DNA from: the human T2T-CHM13v2.0 reference genome, Homo sapiens
Length of the DNA: 64,000 nt
Assembly: GCF_009914755.1 (NCBI RefSeq)
Contig: NC_060928.1
Direction: 5' to 3' (one strand)
This document shows positions 43,920-60,881 of this stretch, in pieces; the first letter of the stretch is position 1; each line of letters opens with the position of its first letter. Both the position numbers and the translations under genes were made by a program. Under the pieces are notes generated by a model, which saw only the letters and a program-made list of their open reading frames with translations, did not search any database and was not told the origin of the DNA.

Positions 43920-44938
43920 ATGAAGAAAAAACAGTGTAAAAAGGCTGAAAATTCCAAAAACCAGAACACCTCTTCTCCTTGAAAGGATCACAACTCCTTG
44001 CCAGCAAGGGAACAAAAATGGATGGAGAATGAGTTTGACAAATTGACAGAGGTAGGCTTCAGAAGGTGGGTAATAACAAACTCCTCCGAGCTAAAGGCGC
44101 ATGTTTTAACCCAATGCAAGGAAGCTAAGAACCTTGAAAAAAGGTTAGAGGAATTGCTAACCACAATAACCAGTTTAGAGAAGAACATAAATGACCTAAT
44201 GGAGCTGAAAAACACAGCACAAGAATGTCGTGAAGCACACACAAATATCAATAGCCAAATCGAACAAGCAGAAGAAAGAATACCAGAGATTGAAGATCAA
44301 CTTAATGAAATAAAGCATGAAGACGAGGTTAGAGAAAAAGAATGAAAAGGAATGAACAAAGCCTCCAAGAAATATGGGACTATGTGAAAAGACCAAATCT
44401 ACGTTTGATTGCTGTACATGAAAGTGATGAGGAGAATGGAACCAAGTTGGAAAACACTCTTCAGGATATTATCCAGGAGAACTTCCCCAGCCTAGAAAGA
44501 CAGGCCAACATTCAAATTCAGGAAATACAGAGAACACCACAAAGATACTCCTCAAGAAAAGAAATGCTAAGACACATAATCGTCAGATCCACCAAGGTTG
44601 AAATGAAGGAAAAAAGGTTGAGGGCAGCCAGAGAGAAAGGTAGGTTACCCACAAAGGGAAGCCCATCAAACTAACAGCAGATCTCTCTGCAGAAACCCTA
44701 CAAGCCGGAAGATAGTGAAGGCCAATATTCAACATTCTTAAAGAATTTTCAAACCAGAATTTTATATACAGCCAAACTAAACTTCGTAAGCGAAGGAGAA
44801 AAAAAATCCTTTATAGACAAGCAAATGCTGAGAGATTTTGTCACCACCAGACCTGCCTTACAAGAGCTCCTGAAGGAAGCACTAAATATGGAAAGGAAAA
44901 ACTGGTACCAGCCACTGCAAAAACATACCAAATTGTAA
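43920..44938 (+). pseudogene. L1 ORF1p remnant (stops and frameshifts)
   Basis: ORF fragments WMENEFDKLTEVGFRRWVITN and MKRNEQSLQEIWDYVKRPNLRLI...LQDIIQENFP are L1 ORF1p; the reading frame is broken. Confidence 0.92.
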
Positions 44939-45001
44939 AGACCATTGACACTATAAAGGAACTGCATCAACTAACAGGCAAAATAACCAGCTAGCATCAT
45001 A

Positions 45002-49109
<4,108 letters not shown>

Positions 49110-49396
49110 ACAATGAGAACACATGGACACAGGGAGGGAAACATCACGCACTGGGGCCTGTTGAGGGGTGGGGGGCTAGGGGAGGGATAGCATTAGGATA
49201 AATACCTAATGTAAATGACAGGTTGATGGGTGCAGCACACCACCATGGCACGAGTATACCTATGTGACAAACCTGCATGTTCTGCACATGTATCCCAGAA
49301 CTTACAGTATAGTTTAAAAAGAAAGAAGAATTAATACATATAAAATGCTTAGAACACAACAACTCAATAAATGCTAGCTATTGTTGTTACTACTAT

Positions 49397-49681
49397 TTTT
49401 AGAGACAAGGTCTTACTCTGTCACCCAGGCCAGAGTGTAGTAGCACAATCTCTGCTCACTGCAGCCTCAAACTTCTGGGCTTAAGTGATCCTCCCACCTT
49501 AGCCTCCCAAGTATCTAGGACTATAAGTACATGCCACCACATCTGGCTAAGTTTATTTTATTTTTTGTAGAGACACACCCTATGTTGCCCAGGCTGGTTT
49601 TGAACTCCTGGCTTCTAATGATCCTCCCACGTTGGCCTCCCAAAATGCTGGGATTACAGGCAGAAATGATAGTACCCTGCC
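49397..49681 (-). mobile_element. AluJ
   Basis: ctcactgcagcctcaaacttctgggcttaagtgatcctcccacc is AluJ-type, antisense. Confidence 0.9.
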
Positions 49682-49929
49682 AATTCTAGCTATGATTATT
49701 GTACGGTAAGGTGAAAAGCTTTGTGTCCCCTCCCAAAATATGGACAGTTGCACACAGCATAAGAAAACAATGTTCATGTTCCCCTGTCTTCGTCCCTCCA
49801 TCAAAAATACAAAATAATAAATGATGTTTAATTTTAATGTCTAATTCAAAACAAAATTTAAATGCACTTTTTCTAACCATCCCAGACAAGTATTCAAGTA
49901 ATATGTGCCTCCCCTGTCAGGATAGCCTG

Positions 49930-50700
49930 TCTTGGGGCTCTCACCTTCTGCCCTTAGTACAAGAGATGAGAATGGCAGGCCAAGGTGTCCTGGGAGTAAT
50001 TCATCCCTGAGTGACAGCTGGTGCTGTCAAGAGTCGTTATTGCTGGTGCGCACAGACCTTCTGGCAAAGCCAGGCGAAACACAGAAACTGCAGTCTCCCT
50101 GCCCACCTGTCAGCCTCGTCCAGGAACAGCAGAGAAATTTGCTTTTCTTCCTTCAAAGGGTCCAGCAAGCCCTAGCACCCTTATTAATGCATGCCTCTTC
50201 AGTCCCAGCCTGCCTCCCTACCCGCCCTGAACACAGACTTCCCAACCTATTCTTCCAAGAAGGGGATTAGCTCAATTAATCTCTGGACAAATGTCAAGGA
50301 GTCTGGGGGAGGGGGCACCTTTCAAGTGCCGCGCCCCAAATAGCAAATAAAGCCAGACATGCGCTGAGGCCACACCGCACAAGGGTGAGCTGCAGCAGCT
50401 GCCAACAGGATAGACCGAGTCCTTTTAATCTCAGGCTTAGCTTCCCAGGGACTCACTTTCTTGCCAGCCTGTTCTGACAGACCACAAGCACCAGGCTCTC
50501 AAGTTCTCCTCTCACCATCTGGGACGGGGGTAGTCGCAGGAAAGCTGCTTCGGGATCAGAATCCATTTTTGAGGCAAACGTTGCTCTCCTCTCATCTCCT
50601 GTGTTGCTGCCTTCTGTGCTTGCCCTCTCCTCTCTGGGCCCACCTGCCTCCCCCACCTTCAAAGGGCAGGCACTCCCCTCCAAAGCATGGTTAAAAAAAG
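49930..50700 (-). promoter_or_regulatory. Candidate promoter / first exon region (GC- and CpG-enriched unique DNA)
   Basis: GC and CpG are raised over the AT-rich background outside any recognised repeat. Minus-strand donors ATG|gtgaga (50510-50515) and AAA|gtgagt (50451-50456); strong-Kozak aaaATGG opening MDSDPEAAFLRLPPSQM. Confidence 0.35.
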
Positions 50701-51627
50701 ATAGTTCCTAGGTTCAGAGTAAGGAAACCAAGTAGGCAAAAAAGCCACAGGGAGAAGAGCCAGGAATGGGTGGGAGTGGAGGAAATTCTCATTATCTAAA
50801 CACAAAATTATTTTCCCCCAACCATAAGTTTCATCAACCTGATCCACAGAATTTTGGGAAAAGCCCTGAGAGTGCTTTCTCTTTGATCTAATTCCCAGAA
50901 AGACTTCATTCAATCCATCCAAGGGAGTGACTGAACTGGTAATAATTCTCTAGAATAGAGATTTCCCAATTGCTCTATGCTCATTCCAATTTTTTCATTT
51001 GTAAGGTATTTTCTAGTAGTTTAATCCTTCTCTGTCTCTTTCTCCCTTCCTCTTCCTTTTCCCCTCTCTCCCTCTCCCCCTCTCTCTCCTTAGCCAGCAA
51101 AATCTGGCCTAACCAGCAGGCTATTAAACAGCACTTCCACATGCTACAGTCCAATGATTCGGTAATTAATTTTCATAATGATGATCTGGAAGGATTTCTA
51201 CAGCCTCTTGAAAGATCCAAGAAAATATATACCCTACTGGTTATACATATGCTTTGAGTGTGAGAGGTAGCCTGGGTGTCCAGTTCTGGTGGTGTCATTT
51301 ACTAGCTGTGTGGCCTCGGGCACGTTACTTAACCTCTCTGCCTATTACCATTTCCTCATCTGTGATACGAGGATACAAAGTTTATTAAGAAAGATAGCAG
51401 TTAACACTCTAGTTATGAAATATGTCCTATGAACCAGACACTATGCCAATTGATTTGCCTGAATTATTTTATTTAACCCTCACAACAACTGCTGAGTCAA
51501 TATTAAGGGGATTTCATCACAGTCTCATTTGTTCAATATTAGCAATACACATATTGTACCTATGGTGACTATAAACCAGAATATCTAATTAATGTAAACA
51601 TCTCATTTCCTCACTAGAAGAAGACAC

Positions 51628-51972
51628 AGGCAGTCTACTTCAATTATTATCCAAAGCTCTTCTGTTCAGATGCGCTTTTGAATTCAGAAAATTTTTGGAC
51701 TTTAGAAAGACAATATGGTTCATATAACAAACAGAACACACTGGTCTGGGGCAGCATCCTGTAACTGAACGCATTAACATTTCTGCTCTGAAACATGAAT
51801 CTTCTCCCTAAAGAGAACAACACAGAGCTTCCTGTCATCTCAAAACAGGTTTTGTTACCAAAAGTCATTCAGAACAGGTAGTTTTACCATCAAATAAGTT
51901 AGAAAAGAAATAAATAAATAAACTTAGGCTATTGTTTGTATTTCAAAATTTCAGATAAGACATTGTGAACTT
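51628..51972 (+). mobile_element. MER46C (TcMar-Tigger)
   Basis: ttatccaaagc...gaattcagaaaatttttggactttagaaag...ggtctggggcagcatcctgtaa...cattaacatttctgc...cagataagacattgtgaac. Confidence 0.75.
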
Positions 51973-51984
51973 TATTACACAAAA

Positions 51985-52200
51985 GCACTAAATAAAGAAT
52001 CAAGATTCTAGTCCTGGCTCTAGTAGTAACCGCTGTGTAATTGTGGGCAAATTGCCAAGCTGCTCTGGTTTCAGATTCTTCATCTACAAAATAGGTGACT
52101 ACTACTTTCTCCTAAGTTATACAGAAGTAGCTGTGAAGATCAAATGAGATAGAATTCATCAAAGTATTTTGAATAAGTGAAGTGTTTACCAAATTCAAGC
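51985..52200 (+). mobile_element. MIR SINE
   Basis: ttctagtcctggctct...gggcaaattg...ttcttcatctacaaaatagg...gtgaagatcaaatgagata. Confidence 0.7.
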
Positions 52201-52876
52201 TGTTTATTATCTTTTAAAATAATTTTTTCAATGATTATAGATTTAATTATGCACTACTGCTTCTTGTTTGAATGGCACAGTGTTGCTTACATGGGAAAAG
52301 ATTCCCCAATTAAATCTCCTTTTTGCATGTATCACTGCTGTTGTTTCTTATACATCAATAAAGATCAGCAAATACATGATGACTGCACTACTGAAATATT
52401 TCTCTGGGTTAAACTACAAGAATCACCTCTAGGAAATAATGATAAGCTGCTGTGTCAAATCACTGCAGTTACTGAATACCTGAAATACCATTTTTTTTGT
52501 TTTGAAGAAGCAAGCTGTTCAAGTGTCAGGTTGATTTTAACCTGATTTTACAACTTCTTAAAAATCTGCTCATGTCTTCCTTTTCTGGGCGGTCTATGAA
52601 GACAGCATTGGCCTGGGAGTTTGATGATCCAGTTGCTAGTCCCAGCCTGACCTCTAATGTTCTGTGTCATCTAGGACAAGTCACAACACCTCTGAGATGA
52701 ACTCTCCAAGTCCCTGAGCCTAGTCAGACTTTGGGAGGCAAGAGAGGGTTCACTGCTCCTATTTGTTGTCCCCAACAGAAGACTTTCAAGCCCTGGTTGT
52801 TCACAGGATTCAAGCCCTGGTTGTTCCTGCCACACACTCCTGGCTGGCTGGGAGCTGCCTTTGCACTGATATCAAT

Positions 52877-52953
52877 CACATGTTGCTGATGTCAGCCCAG
52901 CTGTGACAGCTGAGGCCACCACCACCCACAGCTGACTGAGTGAGTCACATCTG
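52877..52953. promoter_or_regulatory. Candidate enhancer: E-box / AP-1 / TALE motif cluster
   Basis: CACATG (52877), CAGCTG x3 (52898, 52907, 52929), TGACAG (52904), TGAGTCA (52941) and CATCTG (52948) within 77 bp of unique DNA. Confidence 0.3.
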
Positions 52954-55776
52954 CCTGCTTTCTCTTTGACATGAACCTCTCGGAAGCCCAGGGACAGAGC
53001 CCATAACCTGCTTCTCCCTTTGCAGCTCTTTATATTCTTTCAGCTTGCACAGTCTCCATGGCTGAGTGATTTGTCCCATTAGCCATGGTTTTACAAAATT
53101 AACCATGAATGTTCTCCAGCATCCGTGGTAACCTTTCTGCCAAGGAGCAATTATAACTATAAGATATCTTCTTTTGATGTTGACTTTTACAAACAGAGGA
53201 TCCCTGGCAATTAAAATGCAATGAGGTGGTTATCTCATTAAAAAAATTATAAATACTCCCTTTCATAGAGAAGAAGGACACATTAAGTAACCTTTACTAT
53301 ATAATAAAGCTGGTAATTATTATCAATAACAGAAGGACATTCTGTGTTTTAAAATCCAAGGTCCATGACATATGTGAAATGGTAGGGTAAATGTAATATA
53401 GAAAAAAAAAAAAACACTAGACTTAGAACCTGAACTTTCCTTGCCCCCAAGGAGGCTGTGATCAAACAGATGAGGCAAAAATATAAAGCGATTATATTAT
53501 TATATTTATTATATAAAATAATATGTAGGGGTGGAGCAAGATGGCTGAAAAATACTCTCTAGCAATTGTCTCCCCACAGGAACACCAAATTGAACAATTA
53601 TCCATAAAAGAAAGCACTTCAGCAAGAAGAGTAAAAGATAAACCTACCAAAAATAACAACTATGACTGCTTTTTAAGTGATAGACAACATAAAAGACATA
53701 AAAAGAGACAAGAAAAAGTCTAAAAGCAGGATAGGAATTAAAATGTGGAGTGTTTCAGTTTTCTCTTTGCTTGTTTGTAAGCAGAGTTAAGTTGTCATCA
53801 GCTTAAAATAATTGGTTATAAGATGTTATTTGTAAGCCTTGTGGCAACCACAAGACTTAAACCTATGGTAGATACACAAAAAATAAAAAGCAAGAAATTA
53901 AAAAAATACTACCAGAGAAAATCACTGTTACACAAAGGAAGACAAGAAGGAAGAAAGAAAGGAAGAGGACCAACAAAACAACCAGAAAAGAAAATGGCAA
54001 TAGTGAAGTCCTTACCTTCAATGATAACATTGAATGTAAATGAACTATATTTTCCCATCCAAAGACAGAGTGGCTGAATGGATAAAAATAGGACTCAACC
54101 ATATGTTGCCTACAAGAAAATCACTCCACCTATAAAGACATGCATAGACTGAAAATAAAAGGTGGGAAAAAATATTTCATACAAATGTAAACCAGAAAAC
54201 AGCAAAAGTAGCTCTACATTTATATCACATAAAATATATTTCCAGACCAAAACTGTAAAAAGAGACAAGGTCATTATTAAATGATAAAGGGGTCAATTCG
54301 GCAAGAAGATATAACAGTTCTAATTATATATAAGTCAAATGCTGGAGCACTCAGATATACAAAGCAAATATTATTAAAGCTAAAGAGAGGCATATACCCC
54401 AATGCAAAATTAGCTGAGAATTTCAACACCCAACTTTCAGCATTGGTTAATCATATATACAGAAAATCAACAAAGAAACGCTGAACTTTATCTACACTAT
54501 GGACCAAATGAACCTAATAGCTATTTACAGAATATTTCATCCAATAGCTACAAAATATTCATTCTTCTCATTGGTACATTGAACATTCTCAAGGATAGAT
54601 CATATGTTAAGCCACAAAACGAGTCTAAAAAAATTCAAAACAAATAAAATCATACCAAGTATGTTTTCTAAATATGATAAAACCAAACTAGAAATCAATA
54701 ACAAGTGGAACTTTGGAAACTGTATAAACACATGGAAATCAAATAATATGATCCTGAACAACCATTAGGTCAATGAAGAAATTAAAAAGAAAATTTAAAA
54801 AATTTTTTGAATCAAATGAAAAATGAAAACACAATGTACCAAAATCTATGGGATATAGCAAAAGCAGAGGTAAGAGGGAAGCTTATAGCAATAAACATCT
54901 ACATCAAAAAGGGAGAAAAGCTTTAAATAAACAACCTAATAATGCACCTTAATGAAGAACTAGAAAAGCAAGAGCAAACCAAATTCAAAATCATTAGAAA
55001 TAAAGAAATAAAGATCAGAGTAAAAATAAATAAAATTGAGACTAAAAAAATACTAAACACCCACAAAATGAAAAATTGTTTTTTTGAAAACATAAGCAAA
55101 CTTGACAAACCTTTAGCAAGATTAACTACGAAAAAAAGAGAGCAGACCCAAGTAAATAAAATCGAAATGAAAAGAAAGACATTATAACTGATACCACAGA
55201 AATTTGAAGTATCATTACAGACTATTATGAGAAACTATATGCCAATACATGGGAATGTCTATAAGAAATGGATAAATTCCTAGACACATACAACCTACCA
55301 AGATTGAACCATAAAGAAATCCAAAACCTGAATAGACAAATAACAAGTAATGAGATACAAGCAATAATAAAAAAAGTCTCCCATCAAAGTAAAGCCCAGG
55401 ATTTTATGGCTTCACCACTGAATTCTAACAAACATTTAAAGAATTACTTACACCAATCCTACTCAAACTATTCAAAAAAAAATCGAGGAGGAGGGAAATC
55501 TATCCAAACTCATTCTACAAGGTTGGTATTACCTTAATACCAAAACCAGACAAAAGCACAACAATAAAAGAAAACTAGAGGTCAATATCCCTGATGAACA
55601 TAGATGCAAACATCCTCAACAAAATACTAGCAAACTAAATTGAGCAACACAGTGAAAACATCATTCATCATGATCAAGTGGGATTCATCCCAAGGATGCA
55701 AGGATGGTTCAACATAAGCAGATCAATCAACGTGACACATCATATCAATAGAATAAAGGACAAAAAACATATGATC

Positions 55777-56061
55777 GACCGGGTGCAATGACTCATGCCT
55801 GTAGTAACAGCACTTTGGGATATCAAGTCAGGCAGATCACTTGAACCCAGGAGTTTGAAACCAGCTTGGTTTCAAACTTTGTGTCTAGAAAAAAAATACA
55901 AAAATTAGCCAGGCATGGTGGTGCATGCCTGTAGTCCCAGATACTTGGAGGCTGAGGTGGGAGCCCTGCTTGAAACCAGTAAGTCAAGGTTGTCGTGAGT
56001 TGTGATCACACCACTCCACTCTAGCCCAGATAACAGACTGAGACCCTGTCCCATAACAAAC
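55777..56061 (+). mobile_element. AluJ inserted into L1MA ORF2
   Basis: Alu dimer; TSD aaaaaacatatgatc / aaacaccatacgatc. Confidence 0.9.
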
Positions 56062-57491
56062 AAACACCATACGATCATTTCATTAAACGCTGAAAAGGCA
56101 TCCAATAAAGTTCAACATCCTTCATGATAAAATCTCTCAGACAACTGGGTATAGAAAGAACATACCTCAACATGATAAAAGCCACATACAATAAACCCAC
56201 AGTTAGTGTCATACTGAATGGGGAAAACACTGAAAGCCTTTCCTCTGAAATCTGGAATGAGACAAGAACGCCCACTTTAATCACTTTTATTCAACACAGT
56301 ACTGTAAGTCCTAGCCAGGGCAATTAGGCAACAGAAATAAACAAAAGGCATCCACATTGGAAAGGAAAAAGTTAAAATCATCCTTGTTTGAGATGATATG
56401 ATCTTATATTTAGAAAAACCTAAAGATTCCACAAAAAAACTATTAGAACTAATAAGCAAATTCAGTAAAGTTTCAGGACGCAAAATCAACATACAAAAGT
56501 CAGTGGAATTTCTATATGCCAACAGCAAACAATCTGAAAAAGAAACCAAGAAAGTAATCTTATTTAGAATAGCTACAAATAAAAACATATACCTAAGAAT
56601 AAATTTAACCAAAGAAGTGAAAGTTATCTACAACAAGAACTATAAACATTGATGAAATAAATTGATGAGGACACAAAAAAGGAAAGATATTCAATGTTCA
56701 TGGATTGGAAGAATCACTATTTTTAAAATGTCCATACTACCCAACACAATCTACAGATTCAATGCAATCCCCATCAAAATACCAATGACATTCTTCACAG
56801 AAATAGAAGGAAACAATCTTAAAATGTATATAGAACCATAAAGATCCAGAATAGCCAAACCAATCCTGAGCAAAAAGAACAAAACTGGTGGAATCACATC
56901 AATTTCCTCGCTTCAAATACCACTACAAAGCTATAGTAATCAAAATAGCATGGTACTGGCATAAAAACAGACATGTAGACCAATGGAACAGAATAGAGAA
57001 TCCAGAAATCCATGCATTTACAGTCAACTTATTTTTGACAAAGGTGCCAAGAACATACCTTGGGGAAAGGACAGCCTCATCAATAAATGGTGCTGGGAAA
57101 ATTGAATACCCATGCAGAAGAATGAAACTAGACCACTATCCCTCACCATATACAAAAAGCAAATAGAAGTGGAGTAAATACTTAAATATAAGACCTCAAA
57201 CCATGAAACTACTACAAGAAAACATTGGAGAAACTTTCCAGGACATTGTTCTGGTTAGAGATTTCTGGAATAAGAACTCAAAAGCACAGGCAACCAAAGC
57301 AAAAAAATGGACAAATGAGATTACATCAAGCTAAAAAGCTTTTATACAGCAAAAGAAGCCATCAGTGAGGTGAGGAGACAATACACAGAATGGGAGAAAA
57401 TATGAATATTTGCAAACTATGCATCTGACAAGGGATTAATAACCAGAATAAAGAACTCAATAGAAAAAAAATCGAATTAAAAATGGGCAAA

Positions 57492-58753
<1,262 letters not shown>

Positions 58754-59607
58754 AAAAATGGCCAAAAGATCTGAATAGACATTTCTCAGAAGAAGACATA
58801 CACATGGCCAATAGTTATATGAAAAAATATTCAACAGCACTACTTATCAGAGAAATGCAAATTAAAACTATACTGAGATATCATCTCACCCAAGTTTAAT
58901 TGGCTTTTATCCAAAATACAGGCAATAATGAATACTTGTGAGGATGTAGAGAAAGGTGTTGGTGGAAACATAAACTAGCACAACGACTATGGAGAACAGT
59001 ATGCAGGTTCCTCAAAAAGCTAAAAATATAACTATCATGTGATCCAGCAATCCCACTACTGGGTATATATCCAAAAGAAAGGAAATCAGTATATGGAAGA
59101 GATATCTGTATTCTCATGTTTATTGCAGCACTATTCACAATAGCCAAGGTACATAATCAATCTAAGTGTACGTTGGCAGATGAATGGATAACGAAAATGT
59201 GTTACATACACACAATATAATATTTTACAGCCACTAGAGAGAATAAAATCTTGTCATTTGTAACAACATGGATGGAACTAGAGACAGTATGTTAGGTGAA
59301 AAAAGCCAGGCACAAAAAGACAAATATCCTATGTTCTCACTAATATGGGAGCTAAAAAAAAAGAACAAATTAAACTCATGGAAAGAGAGAGTAGAATGAT
59401 GCTTATCAGAGACTGGAAAGGGTAGTTGGAAGGGACGCGGGGTAGAAAGGGGATGGTTAATGAGTACAAAAACACAGTTAGATAGAAAAAATATCTAGTG
59501 TTAGGTAGCACAATAGGATGACTACAGTTAATAATTTATTGTATATTTCAAAATAACAAAAACTATAGAATTGGAATGTTCCTAACCCAAAGAAATGCCA
59601 AATACTT

Positions 59608-60572
59608 GATCACAAACTCTTTGAAGGAAGAACTATTTCTTACTCCTTATTATCCCCCCTGATGCCTAGTACGGAGTGAATACTAATTACTCTGATTTGA
59701 TCATTACACATTGTACGGTTGTATCAAAATAACACATGTATCTCATAAGTATGTACAGCTATTTATCTATAATAATTAAAAATAATTTTAAAAAAATAAT
59801 ATGTAGTACAATAAAGATAGTCACAAATTACTATGGGAGATATAACAATGCTTAATTTATCCTGAAGTTTAGAGAAGACTTCTTGAAAAAGGTGATTTAT
59901 TGATGTTAAGTTACTTAAACTCTCTAGGTATCAGTTTCGTCATTTTTGTAGTGTAATTTAAAATACCTACATCTACATTTATGATGAAAAATTCAACTTG
60001 TAGGTAGAAGTTGCCATAACATTCCCAGCTCAGTAAACCTGCTGGTCTCTTGTACTTACATAGAAGCTAATATTCTTAAATCTACATGCTTAAAGCAGAA
60101 AACACTTTTTACCCAAATGTCCCACGAAGAATTTCTTGGCCTATGTCATTTTCTATTGTTCTAAAACATACTAGAGTCTGAAGATGGACTGATCATTGTT
60201 CTGAGCACCTTTGCTTTTCGGTAACTTCTAGCAAACAAGTTCACTCAGGTCAAATAAGAAGTTGTGTTTCTAAATGCATTTTTCTTTCTTTCCCCTCCCT
60301 GCTCACTACCATATCTGGAGTTCTCTTTGGTCACAGCCTTCTTTTGCCTGCAAGAAATGTTTCAGTATTCAGAACCTGTACTGCATGTCCATATGCTTGG
60401 TTGCAATCCAGTAGCTAAAGAAGAAGGTAATCAAGTAGATAAAGTGGCTAGGAGAAGATGGGGCTAATTTTTCACACTAAATTAATTATTCAACAAGTAT
60501 TCACTCCGTACTAGGCATCATGGGGGATAATAAAGAGTAAGAAATAGTTCTTCCTTCAAAGAGTTTGTGATC
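59608..60572. repeat. 77-bp inverted repeat pair (59608-59684 and 60496-60572)
   Basis: Hand alignment gives 75/77 identity in reverse complement, ungapped, with an 811-bp spacer. Confidence 0.95.
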
Positions 60573-60881
60573 TAGTTTGAAAGATTAGACTAACATAATT
60601 GGAGAAATTAAAGCATAATAAAATGTAATATATAATAAAGTATAAAACAAAATGAAATATGTAGACTGTGATTGTTTAAAGGAAAATGAATTATTTAAGA
60701 GGGTGTAGGGCAGCAACCAGGAGGCACTCAGGCTCTGCAGGCTTGGGGAAATTTGACTGGCAGGGAGGAGCAGCAGGTCCTGCAGGTGAGAGGACTAAGA
60801 CCCAAAAGGCAGAAGGAGCGTGGTCTGCCCTCAGGGTGGTACACAGACCAGTCTGACTGAAGTGGAGGAATATGCTAGGTA
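60485..60881 (-). mobile_element. L2 3' fragment
   Basis: ttattcaacaagtatt...ttccttcaaagagtttgtgatctagtt...gagcgtggtctg...gaccagtctgactgaag. Confidence 0.55.

Noticed and set aside
52785-52827. 18-bp direct repeat ttcaagccctggttgttc x2 as a CRISPR-like array
   Set aside because: Only two units with a 6-bp spacer in eukaryotic DNA; an ordinary small tandem duplication.
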